A DNA stretch of 64,000 bases from an uncultured Bacilli bacterium (GTDB lineage: Bacteria > Bacillota_I > Bacilli_A > RF39 > UBA660), in NCBI GenBank assembly GCA_944372055.1, contig CALVYF010000002.1:43628-107627 (forward strand). Direction: 5' to 3'. The notes under the pieces are model-generated. The model was not told the DNA's origin. It did not search any database and worked only from the letters and a program-made list of their open reading frames with translations. The position numbers were made by a program, and so were the translations under genes. Below, in pieces: positions 9,860 through 19,000 of this stretch. Numbering within the stretch: position 1 is the stretch's first letter; each line of letters begins with the position of its first letter.

Positions 9860-11257
9860 ATGTTTTTAGTTCAAAGAATTAAAAAAACTATTTCTATATC
9901 CAAGGATTATAAAATTCGAGAATTCATGGTTGATAGAAAAAAAGTATATTTAGTTTTTAATGAGGTTTTATGTAGTACTACTATGATTAATGATTTTATT
10001 TTAGACGATTTAATTCGTCTTTCTAAGCGACAACTTAAAAATGTAGAAAGTCATTTACCAGATGCTAATGTTATAGGGATTGAAGAAAAAGATATTTTTA
10101 GTTTTGTTAATCAAGGGTTTGCAGTTTTAATTACTGATAAACTGTACGCTATTGAAGTGAGAGAAAGACTTGATCGTGGAGTCACTTCTGTTCAAAGTGA
10201 ATTATCGATTACTGGACCTAAAGATAGTTTTACAGAGATGTTTAATACGAACTTGGGACTTATTCGACGAAGAATTAAAACAACAAAATTAGAATCTTTA
10301 GATTTAGAGGTTGGTAGATATACTAAAACAAAAGTTACTATTTTATCCGTGAAGGGAATTGTAAAAGAAGAATTGGTTCAGAAAGTTTATAGACAATTAA
10401 AGAAAATATCTATTGATGGTATTATTGATTCTAGTTATTTAAAATCTTATTTAGAGGGAGATCATACTTTATTTCCTACAGTTATGATGAGTGAGCGACC
10501 AGATAGAGCATCTATGGCATTATTAGAAGGTAAAGTTGTTATACTTACTGATTTAAGTCCTTATGCTTTGATTCTTCCTAGTTTCTTTTTAGATTATTTT
10601 CATACTGTTGATGATTATTATCAAAAGAATAGTAATACTACTTTTATTCGAATTATTCGTGTCATTGCTTTTTTTGTCGCGATATTCTTACCAGCGATTT
10701 ATATTGCTGTTACAACAAGAAACTATGACTTGGTTCCTTACCGACTCCTACTTATTTTAAAAGCGGGTAGAACTTTTGTGCCGTTTGCTGCTTACATTGA
10801 AGCATTATTTATGATTATTGCTTTTGAAATATTAAAAGAGTCTGACATTCGTATGTCAGCAACGACTGGTAGTGCTGTTTCTATTTTAGGAGGGCTTATT
10901 TTAGGGGATGCTGCTGTTAGTGCTGGAATTGTCTCCCCTATTATGATTATTATTATTGCTATTTCTTCAATTGCGGCACTGATTTTCCCATCGAATGAAC
11001 TTGTTAATGCTATTCGTTTTTATAAAATTAGTATTTTGCTTTTATCTGCTTTCTTTGGTATTTATGGAGTGTTTGTCGGAGTTGTTTTCTTGTTTTATAA
11101 ACTCATTTCTATGAAAAGTTTTGGTTTTTCTTATTTGTCTCCTATTATTCCTTTTGATAAATATGAGTGGAAGGATTCTATTTTAAGAAAGGAACAAAAA
11201 ACTAAGTATCGTAACTCTTATATTACTGATAATGTTGTTCGAGGGAGGAATTTATGA
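9860..11257 (+). CDS. gerA: Spore germination protein, GerA (A-subunit) family
   Basis: LFPTVMMSERPDRASMALLEGKVVILTDLSPYALILPSFFLDYFHTVDDYY is the hallmark GerAA/SpoVAF core, followed by about 5 TM helices. The gene ends with TGA, overlapping the next ATG (ATGA). Confidence 0.85.
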   Translation: MFLVQRIKKTISISKDYKIREFMVDRKKVYLVFNEVLCSTTMINDFILDDLIRLSKRQLKNVESHLPDANVIGIEEKDIFSFVNQGFAVLITDKLYAIEVRERLDRGVTSVQSELSITGPKDSFTEMFNTNLGLIRRRIKTTKLESLDLEVGRYTKTKVTILSVKGIVKEELVQKVYRQLKKISIDGIIDSSYLKSYLEGDHTLFPTVMMSERPDRASMALLEGKVVILTDLSPYALILPSFFLDYFHTVDDYYQKNSNTTFIRIIRVIAFFVAIFLPAIYIAVTTRNYDLVPYRLLLILKAGRTFVPFAAYIEALFMIIAFEILKESDIRMSATTGSAVSILGGLILGDAAVSAGIVSPIMIIIIAISSIAALIFPSNELVNAIRFYKISILLLSAFFGIYGVFVGVVFLFYKLISMKSFGFSYLSPIIPFDKYEWKDSILRKEQKTKYRNSYITDNVVRGRNL

Positions 11258-11661
11258 AGCTTATAAAAGCATTGGGAGTTATTTTTGTCTTATTACTTTC
11301 GGTAGTGATTTTTGGAAATCCGAAGTATGTTGAATTGAATGATTTAGCGATTATTCGTGGTGTTGGTATTTCTTGTGGGGAAGAGATCAATTTATATTTT
11401 CAAGAGATTATTCCAGTCAAAAGTGATAATGGGATTAGTTATCAGTATGAGTATTATCAAAGTAGTGGTAAAAATATAAATACTGCTTTTCAAAAAATGA
11501 GGCTAAAAACTAAAAAGAAACTCTACTTATCTAAAGTAGGGTTTCTAGTAACTGATTGTACCAAAAGTAACAAAGCCATTAAACAATTTGAGTTAGAAAA
11601 TATAAAAATATACCATGTACAAGCAGACGTTTTTCATCGATTAAAGAAGATTAAGGAGTAG
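11254..11661 (+). CDS. Short Ger(x)C-N-terminal-domain-like membrane-anchored protein
   Basis: Signal/anchor helix followed by VELNDLAIIRGVGIS, resembling the start of GerxC lipoproteins. It is only 135 aa (GerC is usually ~370) and has no lipobox Cys. Translationally coupled to gerA. Confidence 0.4.
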   Translation: MKLIKALGVIFVLLLSVVIFGNPKYVELNDLAIIRGVGISCGEEINLYFQEIIPVKSDNGISYQYEYYQSSGKNINTAFQKMRLKTKKKLYLSKVGFLVTDCTKSNKAIKQFELENIKIYHVQADVFHRLKKIKE

Positions 11662-12163
11662 ATTCACTACATTCAAAATAACGATTTGTAAAATAGATTT
11701 TTTGATTAATTAGTTTATCATTAAAGTAATTTTCTTTTAAATCTTGATTGTTAGGATTTCTATCAATGATGTCTTGATTAATAGTTATGATTGTTTGATT
11801 TTCTGTCTGCTCTATGATAACACCTTCTAGACTTTGAAAATAGGAAAGTTCCATCGAAGGTAAAAGATCGTTTTCTATGGTATTAATTACTGAGTATTCT
11901 GTTGCTGGAGTTGTTGTATACGTGATTTTTGTTTGATTTGCTTTTGAATTAATATATCTAACTTCTACAACTTCTGTTGTTTGTTCTTCGGCATAGTTTC
12001 TAGTACAAGTTAAGAGAGTTATTTTATCATTGTTTGTGGGTTTTGTTTCTTCTATTTTAGGAAATAATAGTCGAAACAATGGCGGTAATATAATTAATAA
12101 GGATAATATTATGATTATAATAAATGCTCTAATTGGATGAAATTTTTTATTCATTATTATCAC
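11651..12163 (-). CDS. Hypothetical N-terminally membrane-anchored protein
   Basis: ORF track entry. One N-terminal TM helix (AFIIIIILSLLIILPPLF) then a soluble domain. No recognisable motif. Confidence 0.4.
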   Translation of the reverse strand: MIIMNKKFHPIRAFIIIIILSLLIILPPLFRLLFPKIEETKPTNNDKITLLTCTRNYAEEQTTEVVEVRYINSKANQTKITYTTTPATEYSVINTIENDLLPSMELSYFQSLEGVIIEQTENQTIITINQDIIDRNPNNQDLKENYFNDKLINQKIYFTNRYFECSESTP

Positions 12164-12497
12164 CTATTTTCTTTAATATTTTGTATTTACTCCAAAGAAT
12201 ATATGTTACTAAAACAGGACAGGCTGGAAGAATAATCCATAAGAGGATTGGTAATCTACTCTTTTCTAATACATTATATTTTCTTAGTGGTATTAATTCG
12301 TATATAGACCAAAGTAATGTATATCCTGAATAGATAGTAAAGACAATTCCTAAAACTTTTAGTAGTATTGTATCCTTTTGGATAGATGTGATTTTTTTAT
12401 TTTTTAGTATCATTATTATTGTTAGTAGTACTAGTATTAATGTTATTGGTAAAACTATATATAAAAATAAAGTTAAGAAGATATTTTTATTTGTCAT
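12147..12497 (-). CDS. Hypothetical small integral membrane protein
   Basis: 116 aa with three predicted hydrophobic helices. Overlaps the next gene start by 17 nt. Confidence 0.4.
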   Translation of the reverse strand: MTNKNIFLTLFLYIVLPITLILVLLTIIMILKNKKITSIQKDTILLKVLGIVFTIYSGYTLLWSIYELIPLRKYNVLEKSRLPILLWIILPACPVLVTYILWSKYKILKKIGDNNE

Positions 12498-12547
12498 TTG
12501 TACTCTCCTTATTATATAGGTATATCATATTTTTTAGATATTAGCAA

Positions 12548-13114
12548 TTAGCGAATGATAATCTCTAAAAATTTCGCTAAAGCTAAAGCCTGCTCTTCGC
12601 TTACTATTAAACCTTTCATACTGGGAATATCTATTTTAATATGATTGATATTGCAAGTTGTTAAATCAATATCTTTTAGATTGGTTTCAAATACATCTAC
12701 TGAATCTAAGTTACAGTTTGTAAATTGTAATTTTTTTTGTTTCATTTTGTATAATGATGCTTCTTTTAAATTACATTCCGTAAAAATTACTTTATCTAAT
12801 TCTGCTAAAGCAAAAGTTGCATAAGATAAGTTACAGTTTACAAATTCTACTTCTTTTAGAAAAGCATTAGAAAAATTAGTACCAACAAAATTACAATTGG
12901 TAAATACAACTTTGTATATAGATTGGCCACTTAGATTAAGATTGGAAAAGATAGAAGAGTTTATTTTACTATCTGTGATTTCTAAATAATTAAACTTTGA
13001 GTTTTTCCAGTCAATTTTTTCTAAAGTTGCATTTTTAATTTCTAATTCTTCAAAAGTTATATCAATTTCTTTATTTTCTAGTTGAATATCTTTTATTTTA
13101 TCTATTTTTTCCAT
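12548..13114 (-). CDS. Pentapeptide-repeat protein
   Basis: Tandem A(D/N)LxX-type repeats are visible: NLSGQSIYKVVFTNCNFVGTNFSNAFLKEVEFVNCNLSYATFALAELDKVIFTECNLKEASL. Confidence 0.8.
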   Translation of the reverse strand: MEKIDKIKDIQLENKEIDITFEELEIKNATLEKIDWKNSKFNYLEITDSKINSSIFSNLNLSGQSIYKVVFTNCNFVGTNFSNAFLKEVEFVNCNLSYATFALAELDKVIFTECNLKEASLYKMKQKKLQFTNCNLDSVDVFETNLKDIDLTTCNINHIKIDIPSMKGLIVSEEQALALAKFLEIIIR

Positions 13115-13116
13115 GA

Positions 13117-13701
13117 TTACCTGCTTTCTATTTCTATCCCTTTTTCTAATTTTTTAAGTTTTTTATTATTATGATAGGCATTTTTAAAGGTGATAGGAAC
13201 TCCTTTTGAATTATCTGGATCTATTCCTAGCTGAATCTGAAAATGGATATGTGGACCTTGGGTATTTCCGCTATTACCTACTTTTCCTATTAGTTGTCCT
13301 TCTTTTACTAAATCGCCAATTTGAACGTTAAAAGTTCCTTTTTCAAAGTGGCAAATTGTAGAATATTCTCCATGATTATGTTTTATAATGATGTAATTTC
13401 CTTTTGGATTATCACAATCATTAATTATTTTTCTGTCTTTCGTAATATGGGTGTTTTCATATTTATCTACTATTTCTACTACCCATCCATCTGAAGGTGC
13501 ATAAATATTTTCTAGGTATGAATAGTAATTTTCATTTTTTGTAAGATCATCATGATATGGAAGATTTTCATTTCTTATTTCAAAGTCGTAGGCATAACGC
13601 TGACCTATAATATTCCAAGAATGAGAATTTTTCTTTTTTGTTCCGCCATATTCTACATACCAAGTTCCTTTAAATGGTAGAATGTATTTGTTTTTACTCA
13701 T
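13117..13701 (-). CDS. M23 family metallopeptidase (no signal peptide)
   Basis: GQLIGKVGNSGNTQGPHIHFQI is the M23 HxH motif region. No N-terminal hydrophobic segment. Confidence 0.75.
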   Translation of the reverse strand: MSKNKYILPFKGTWYVEYGGTKKKNSHSWNIIGQRYAYDFEIRNENLPYHDDLTKNENYYSYLENIYAPSDGWVVEIVDKYENTHITKDRKIINDCDNPKGNYIIIKHNHGEYSTICHFEKGTFNVQIGDLVKEGQLIGKVGNSGNTQGPHIHFQIQLGIDPDNSKGVPITFKNAYHNNKKLKKLEKGIEIESR

Positions 13702-13912
13702 GGTGTTTTAGCCTTTCCATTTTTTCTCTTAATAATTTTCTGCGGTCCTCTTCTACTTCTTTTTTTTCTATTATCTTTTCATTTTCTATCGAAAAAATCA
13801 ATCCTTCCCTGGGTTCAAATGTAAATTCTTCTTTTTTTAGTTCTATTTTTTCTTTTGTTTGTAGATTTTCAGCAATTACAAGATTGTTTTCTATTCTATC
13901 GATTGCGTACAT
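13694..13912 (-). CDS. DUF3006-like small protein
   Basis: MYAIDRIENNLVIAENLQTKEKIELKKEEF matches the DUF3006 pattern. This family is typically found next to ComEC-type MBL hydrolases, as here. Confidence 0.55.
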   Translation of the reverse strand: MYAIDRIENNLVIAENLQTKEKIELKKEEFTFEPREGLIFSIENEKIIEKKEVEEDRRKLLREKMERLKHHE

Positions 13913-13920
13913 ATTATCAC

Positions 13921-14826
13921 CTACCCGTTTGTATCTGTTTTCAGAGTATTAATTTCTATGTTTGTTCCGTCGGTAATTATTTTTATTGTTCCATCTTGAT
14001 CCGTACGATATGTTGTTATATTATGGGAAGCTAGAGTATTTAACACTGTTGTATGAGGATGTTCATATTGATTATCTACTCCTACAGAAATAACAGCATA
14101 TTGTGGATTTACTGTGTTTAAAAATTCTTCATTTGTTGCGGTAGAAGAACCGTGATGTCCTACTTTTAGTACGGTTGATTGTAAGTCACTTTTATTTAAT
14201 TTCTCTTCTACTTTCGTTGAAGCATCTCCAGTAAACAAAAAGCTTATATTTTGATAAGTTACTTTTAATACGATGGATGTGTTATTTAAGTCCCTTTCTT
14301 CTTCTGTTCCTACATATAGTACTTTAACAGTTGCATCTCCTAATTTAAAGGTAGCGTTTGTTTTAGGAATAGATAAACTCATATTCTTCTCTCCTAATGC
14401 ATCTAATACATCTTCAAATGTTTTGGTTGTTGTAATTACATCTGGCATGTAGAATGTCTCTATATTAAAGTTTTCTATAACATCATCAAGACCGCCTATA
14501 TGATCTTCGTGAGGATGCGTCCCTATTACATAGTCAAAGTTGGAAATGTTTTGTTTTTTGAAATAGTTTACTAACTTAGGGCCATCTTCATTATTTCCAG
14601 CATCTATTAGCATATAATGACCTTCGTTCTCTAAAAGGATTGAATCTGCTTGACCTACATCGATAAAAGTTACTTCTAATCTTTCTTCTGCAGTAACAGG
14701 TGCTTCTTCTATTCTTTTATTTATGTTATCTTGGTTATTTTGTATTGGATAATTTTGAAATAGATAAAATATTCCAATAATAACTAATATTATAAATGAT
14801 GAAATTATTTTTTTCTTTTTTTTCAT
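13921..14826 (-). CDS. Secreted MBL-fold metallo-hydrolase (ComEC C-terminal-domain-like)
   Basis: N-terminal anchor helix, HPHEDHIGG metal motif and LKVGHHGSSTA. Confidence 0.8.
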   Translation of the reverse strand: MKKKKKIISSFIILVIIGIFYLFQNYPIQNNQDNINKRIEEAPVTAEERLEVTFIDVGQADSILLENEGHYMLIDAGNNEDGPKLVNYFKKQNISNFDYVIGTHPHEDHIGGLDDVIENFNIETFYMPDVITTTKTFEDVLDALGEKNMSLSIPKTNATFKLGDATVKVLYVGTEEERDLNNTSIVLKVTYQNISFLFTGDASTKVEEKLNKSDLQSTVLKVGHHGSSTATNEEFLNTVNPQYAVISVGVDNQYEHPHTTVLNTLASHNITTYRTDQDGTIKIITDGTNIEINTLKTDTNG

Positions 14827-14922
14827 ATGCTTACCTCTATTCTATTTTAATCATATCATATTTTTTTATGAATAGTAAGCCTGTTCTTCTTAATAAAAAA
14901 TGAGATTAGTTCTCATATTTAT

Positions 14923-14957
14923 TCTAAAAAAAAGAAAGTGCTTGGACACTTTCTTTT
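14923..14957 (-). terminator. Rho-independent terminator at the left edge of the toxin island
   Basis: AAAGAAAGTG-cttgga-CACTTTCTTT 10-bp stem. On the minus strand it is followed by a T-run of eight (T8). Confidence 0.55.
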
Positions 14958-15037
14958 GCTACGCAAGATAATATTTTAAATAAATCTTTTAAATCAACCA
15001 ATTCTTCTAATTTATTAAAATATATATTTGTTTCTTC

Positions 15038-15229
15038 TCATTTATTTAATGAAAATTCTTTTAGAAGTAAATTAGAGGTAACCTCATTACTTCTTTCTAC
15101 ATATAGATAGACCTTATATGTTGATTTTTCCTTACACATAACACAACCAAAAGTATTATTTTGATTCTCCTGTTGGTATATGTCTAATATATTGTCTTCT
15201 ATAGTCAGTTTTTCTTTATTAATATTCAT
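15038..15229 (-). CDS. Hypothetical 63-aa protein
   Basis: ORF track entry only. No motif. Confidence 0.25.
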   Translation of the reverse strand: MNINKEKLTIEDNILDIYQQENQNNTFGCVMCKEKSTYKVYLYVERSNEVTSNLLLKEFSLNK

Positions 15230-15307
15230 TACTACTTCACCTCGAATATCAATACTAACATTATAACATTAGATTATTATATAAACAATCAAATATTACC
15301 ATTTATA

Positions 15308-15937
15308 CTAAGGCTTTTTACTTGGTGGTTCTACTATTATGTTTCTATTTTTATCTAATAATATAGGCGAAATATCTTCTAATATTTCATCATCATTTTT
15401 AGAATAACTATCATACATTTCAATTTTAAATGACTGACCATCCCTGATTTTGATATGCAAAAATCTTCGCAAATTAAAAAGTAATATACCTGAATCCAGT
15501 TCGTAATACTCTTCAACTTTTATTGACTGAATATCTGAATATGGAACAATATGTACTTTTCTTTTGGAGACTAAGCAAAAAAAGTTAGACGTTAATAAAA
15601 AATTGTTTTTACTCCAGTATATTACATGATTGCATTCGGTGTTATATTTATTTTTTATTAAATTTGTTTTAATTTTTTTTACATAATAATATCTAAAAAT
15701 ATTTCCAATAGAAAATACTATTGCTCCAATTAGTTCAATAAAAATTATAGATATAAAAAAGGAGTCATTAGTACGTCGAAATATAATATATGTTAAGATT
15801 ATAATTATTATTCCTATAATTAAATTTGTAAGTACTATTTGCTTTGATTTTGATATACATTTGTTTATATTTATATAATGTTCATCCATTGCTATAAATT
15901 CCTCCACATTTATTATATATGTAATTATATCATACAT
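15308..15937 (-). CDS. Two-TM membrane protein with a C-terminal beta-rich (PH-like?) domain; candidate RHS immunity protein
   Basis: TM helices LTNLIIGIIIIILTYIIF and FISIIFIELIGAIVFSIGNIF. Lies directly downstream of the RHS gene, on the same strand. Confidence 0.4.
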   Translation of the reverse strand: MYDIITYIINVEEFIAMDEHYININKCISKSKQIVLTNLIIGIIIIILTYIIFRRTNDSFFISIIFIELIGAIVFSIGNIFRYYYVKKIKTNLIKNKYNTECNHVIYWSKNNFLLTSNFFCLVSKRKVHIVPYSDIQSIKVEEYYELDSGILLFNLRRFLHIKIRDGQSFKIEMYDSYSKNDDEILEDISPILLDKNRNIIVEPPSKKP

Positions 15938-16002
15938 TGAAATTATAATGAAATCTATTATTATTTTTTACATGTATTTTACTAATAACTAATTATCTGT
16001 AT

Positions 16003-16037
16003 ATGAAAAAGAATAACACAAGAGTGTGTTATTCTTT
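16003..16037 (-). terminator. Rho-independent terminator immediately after the RHS stop codon
   Basis: GAATAACACA-ctct-TGTGTTATTC 10-bp stem followed by TTTTT on the minus strand. Confidence 0.7.
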
Positions 16038-16039
16038 CG

Positions 16040-19000
16040 TTAAACTGGTATATTAAATCCGATTTTTATGCCACCACCTATTCCAATAAAACCGCTAATA
16101 TCAATTCCAATAAACATTTTATCGTCATCAGGTGTTTTTTCGCCTGTGGCTTTAAAACTTTCATCCCCTATCTCATATCCTAATACTATATCTTTTTCCG
16201 TGTCTGGGTCGTTCCAAATTTCATCTTCCCACGGCATTGCAAAAGGGTTACTATCTCCATTGTCCTTGTGTTTTATATCTGCTCCAAAGCCTACTTTTCC
16301 TAATATATCACTTCCGAATACAATACCACCTGAAGTAGCGGTATAATCATAACTTTTACCTTCTTCAATTCCTTTACCAATTGTTTTAGAAGCTCCAAAT
16401 TCTCCTTTAATCGGTCCTGTACCAATTTTACCACCAAAGCCAAATCCGATTTCTCCTTCGATTACAAAAGAATTATTAATTGCTTGTGACCAATCATATA
16501 ATGTATTTACTACTTTTTTTGCTCCGTTCCAAAGCGCTTGTGCTCCGGATACTATTGCGTTACCAACTTTTTTTAATGCCTTTTTTGCTTTATTTATTGC
16601 TTTTTTTGCCTTCTTCTTGATATTGTTCATTGTTTTCTTTGCCCAGCTTAAGAAACCTTGCCCATTAGGATCTGATTTATTAATTGGATTATTACTAACA
16701 TAAGCATATAAATTGTATCCGATATGATCATTATTCATTCCTATACATACATCTGCACTTATAAATCTTCCCCATTCTGGATTGTAATATCTTGTATTTA
16801 AATAATAAAGGTTTGTCTCATTATCATAATAGTATGATCTATAACGTATTGGATTTATTGTTCCAATGCCTTCTAGACTATTATCAACAATATTAATTAA
16901 TTTTCCCCACGAATCATATTGATATTCAACAATTTTGTTTCCAGTATTATCTAATATTCCTATAATATCATCCTGCAGATTCTTTAAATAGTAATAAATA
17001 TTATCGTTGTATTTAAGACCAATTAAATCTTCATTATCTCTAATAAAGAAAAGTACATTGTTATTTGTTCTCTCAAATATTAATTTTGAACCTTCATAAT
17101 AATAATTAGTAACAATACCATTGCTTTCTTTTGATGTTCTTAATCCATTCATATCATATTTAAAATTCAGATTAATGTTTTTCTTAGAATCAACATAAGA
17201 TTTTAATTCATGACCATTTATCCAGTTTAAAACTATATTATTGCCAATTTTTATTATGTTTCCTACATTGTCATAGCATATATTGGTGTTGTTATAGTTT
17301 GTTAATTGATCTCTCCATGTGTTATTATAATTATAGATATTTACATTAACGATGTTATTCTCTTGATCTTTTATTGTTTTCTTTGTAATGTTTCCGTATA
17401 GGTCATATTCATATTCAATATTTTGACTTTCTCGATAGTTTTCTTCTTTTATTAGTTGACCATACTGATCGTAAGAATATTGATTTATTAAGCTATTGTT
17501 ATGGTATATACGTGATATGTTGTTTAATTTATCATATTCATAATTATATATGTCATTATCGTTGTTAATGTATTTTTTTACTAATCCAGTCAATCTGTTT
17601 CCATAGGATAAATATTCATATCTTCTTTGGTATTTTTTATCTATATTTTGTGATAATAATCTATTTAAGCTATCATAGGTATAGGTGGTTTCTAAATCTC
17701 CTAAACTTGACTTTATTACCACCCCATCTTCATTATTTTCGTTATTAATTGAATTGATAATATTCATTAATTTATATGTTCTATTTATAATGTTATTATT
17801 ATTATCATAGGTATAATTAATTTGAAAATCCCCATTCGTATATTTTGTAATTCTATTAGCAATATCGTAATGAGCGTTAATAATGCCATTATTAGATATT
17901 ATTTTTGCAACTCGGTTATTATTATCATATTTATATTGATAAGTATTTTCACTATCAATGATTTTTTCTAATCTATTAAAGTCATCATATTCATATTTTT
18001 TTGATTGCTGATTACCAAATTTAACTGATATTAATTTACCATTACTATCTGAATATTGATTTTCTAATAAAGTAGTATTATTAACCTTTAGTGATTTTAG
18101 ATTTAAAAAATCATCATAATCAAAATTGTATTCTAAGTTACCCAATTGAATTTTAGATAAATTATTTTGTTGATTGTAAAAATAATTCACTACTTTTTCA
18201 CCTGTAGTAATAGAGGTTAATTGATTTTTGTTATTATACGTATAATTTGTAGAAACATCATTTGCATCTGTAATAGAGGTAACTAGTCCTGTTATATTAT
18301 CAGTACAATAGGTTGTCTTTTTTAAATTCATATCCGTAACACTTTTTACGAAACGATTATCATCGCTATATGTTGCAATAGTTTCTATAAATTCCTCACT
18401 TATTGGTTCAATATAGAATTCATATTTAGATGTATCATCAACCATACTATTCAAAATTAATTTATCGTCAATAGCTGATAAAAATCTAACTACCTCTCCA
18501 CCTTCTTCCATCTTTTTGGATTCCGCTTCTAAATAATAACTACCATTATCGTTTTTTCTTAATCTAAATTTATTATTAATATCGACGTTGCTTAACATAA
18601 TATTATTGTTATTATCATAAGACAAATAATACTCTGGTAAAATTGAATATTTAAATTTATAATATATTTCATCATTTTCTTCTAGCTTTTCTACATCCCA
18701 TACGGTATTACTACATAAATTTTCTTCTAACAAGACTGAAGTTATGTGTGTTTTTATAAATTTTTCTGTTCCTTTAAGTCTTATTTTGTATTTTCCATTT
18801 TCTATGGATGAAGAGCCTCTTTTTTGTATTTTAATTGAGACAGGGTTTCCTGCACTATCATACTTAATTTTATTTGAAATTCCTTCAGAAGAAATTGCAC
18901 TTAATATTTTATTGGGTTTTTCATTATCATATTCATACCTAAAATTTTGCCCTAATGGCGTAGTTGTTTTAATTAATTGATTCTTTTTATCATATGTGAA

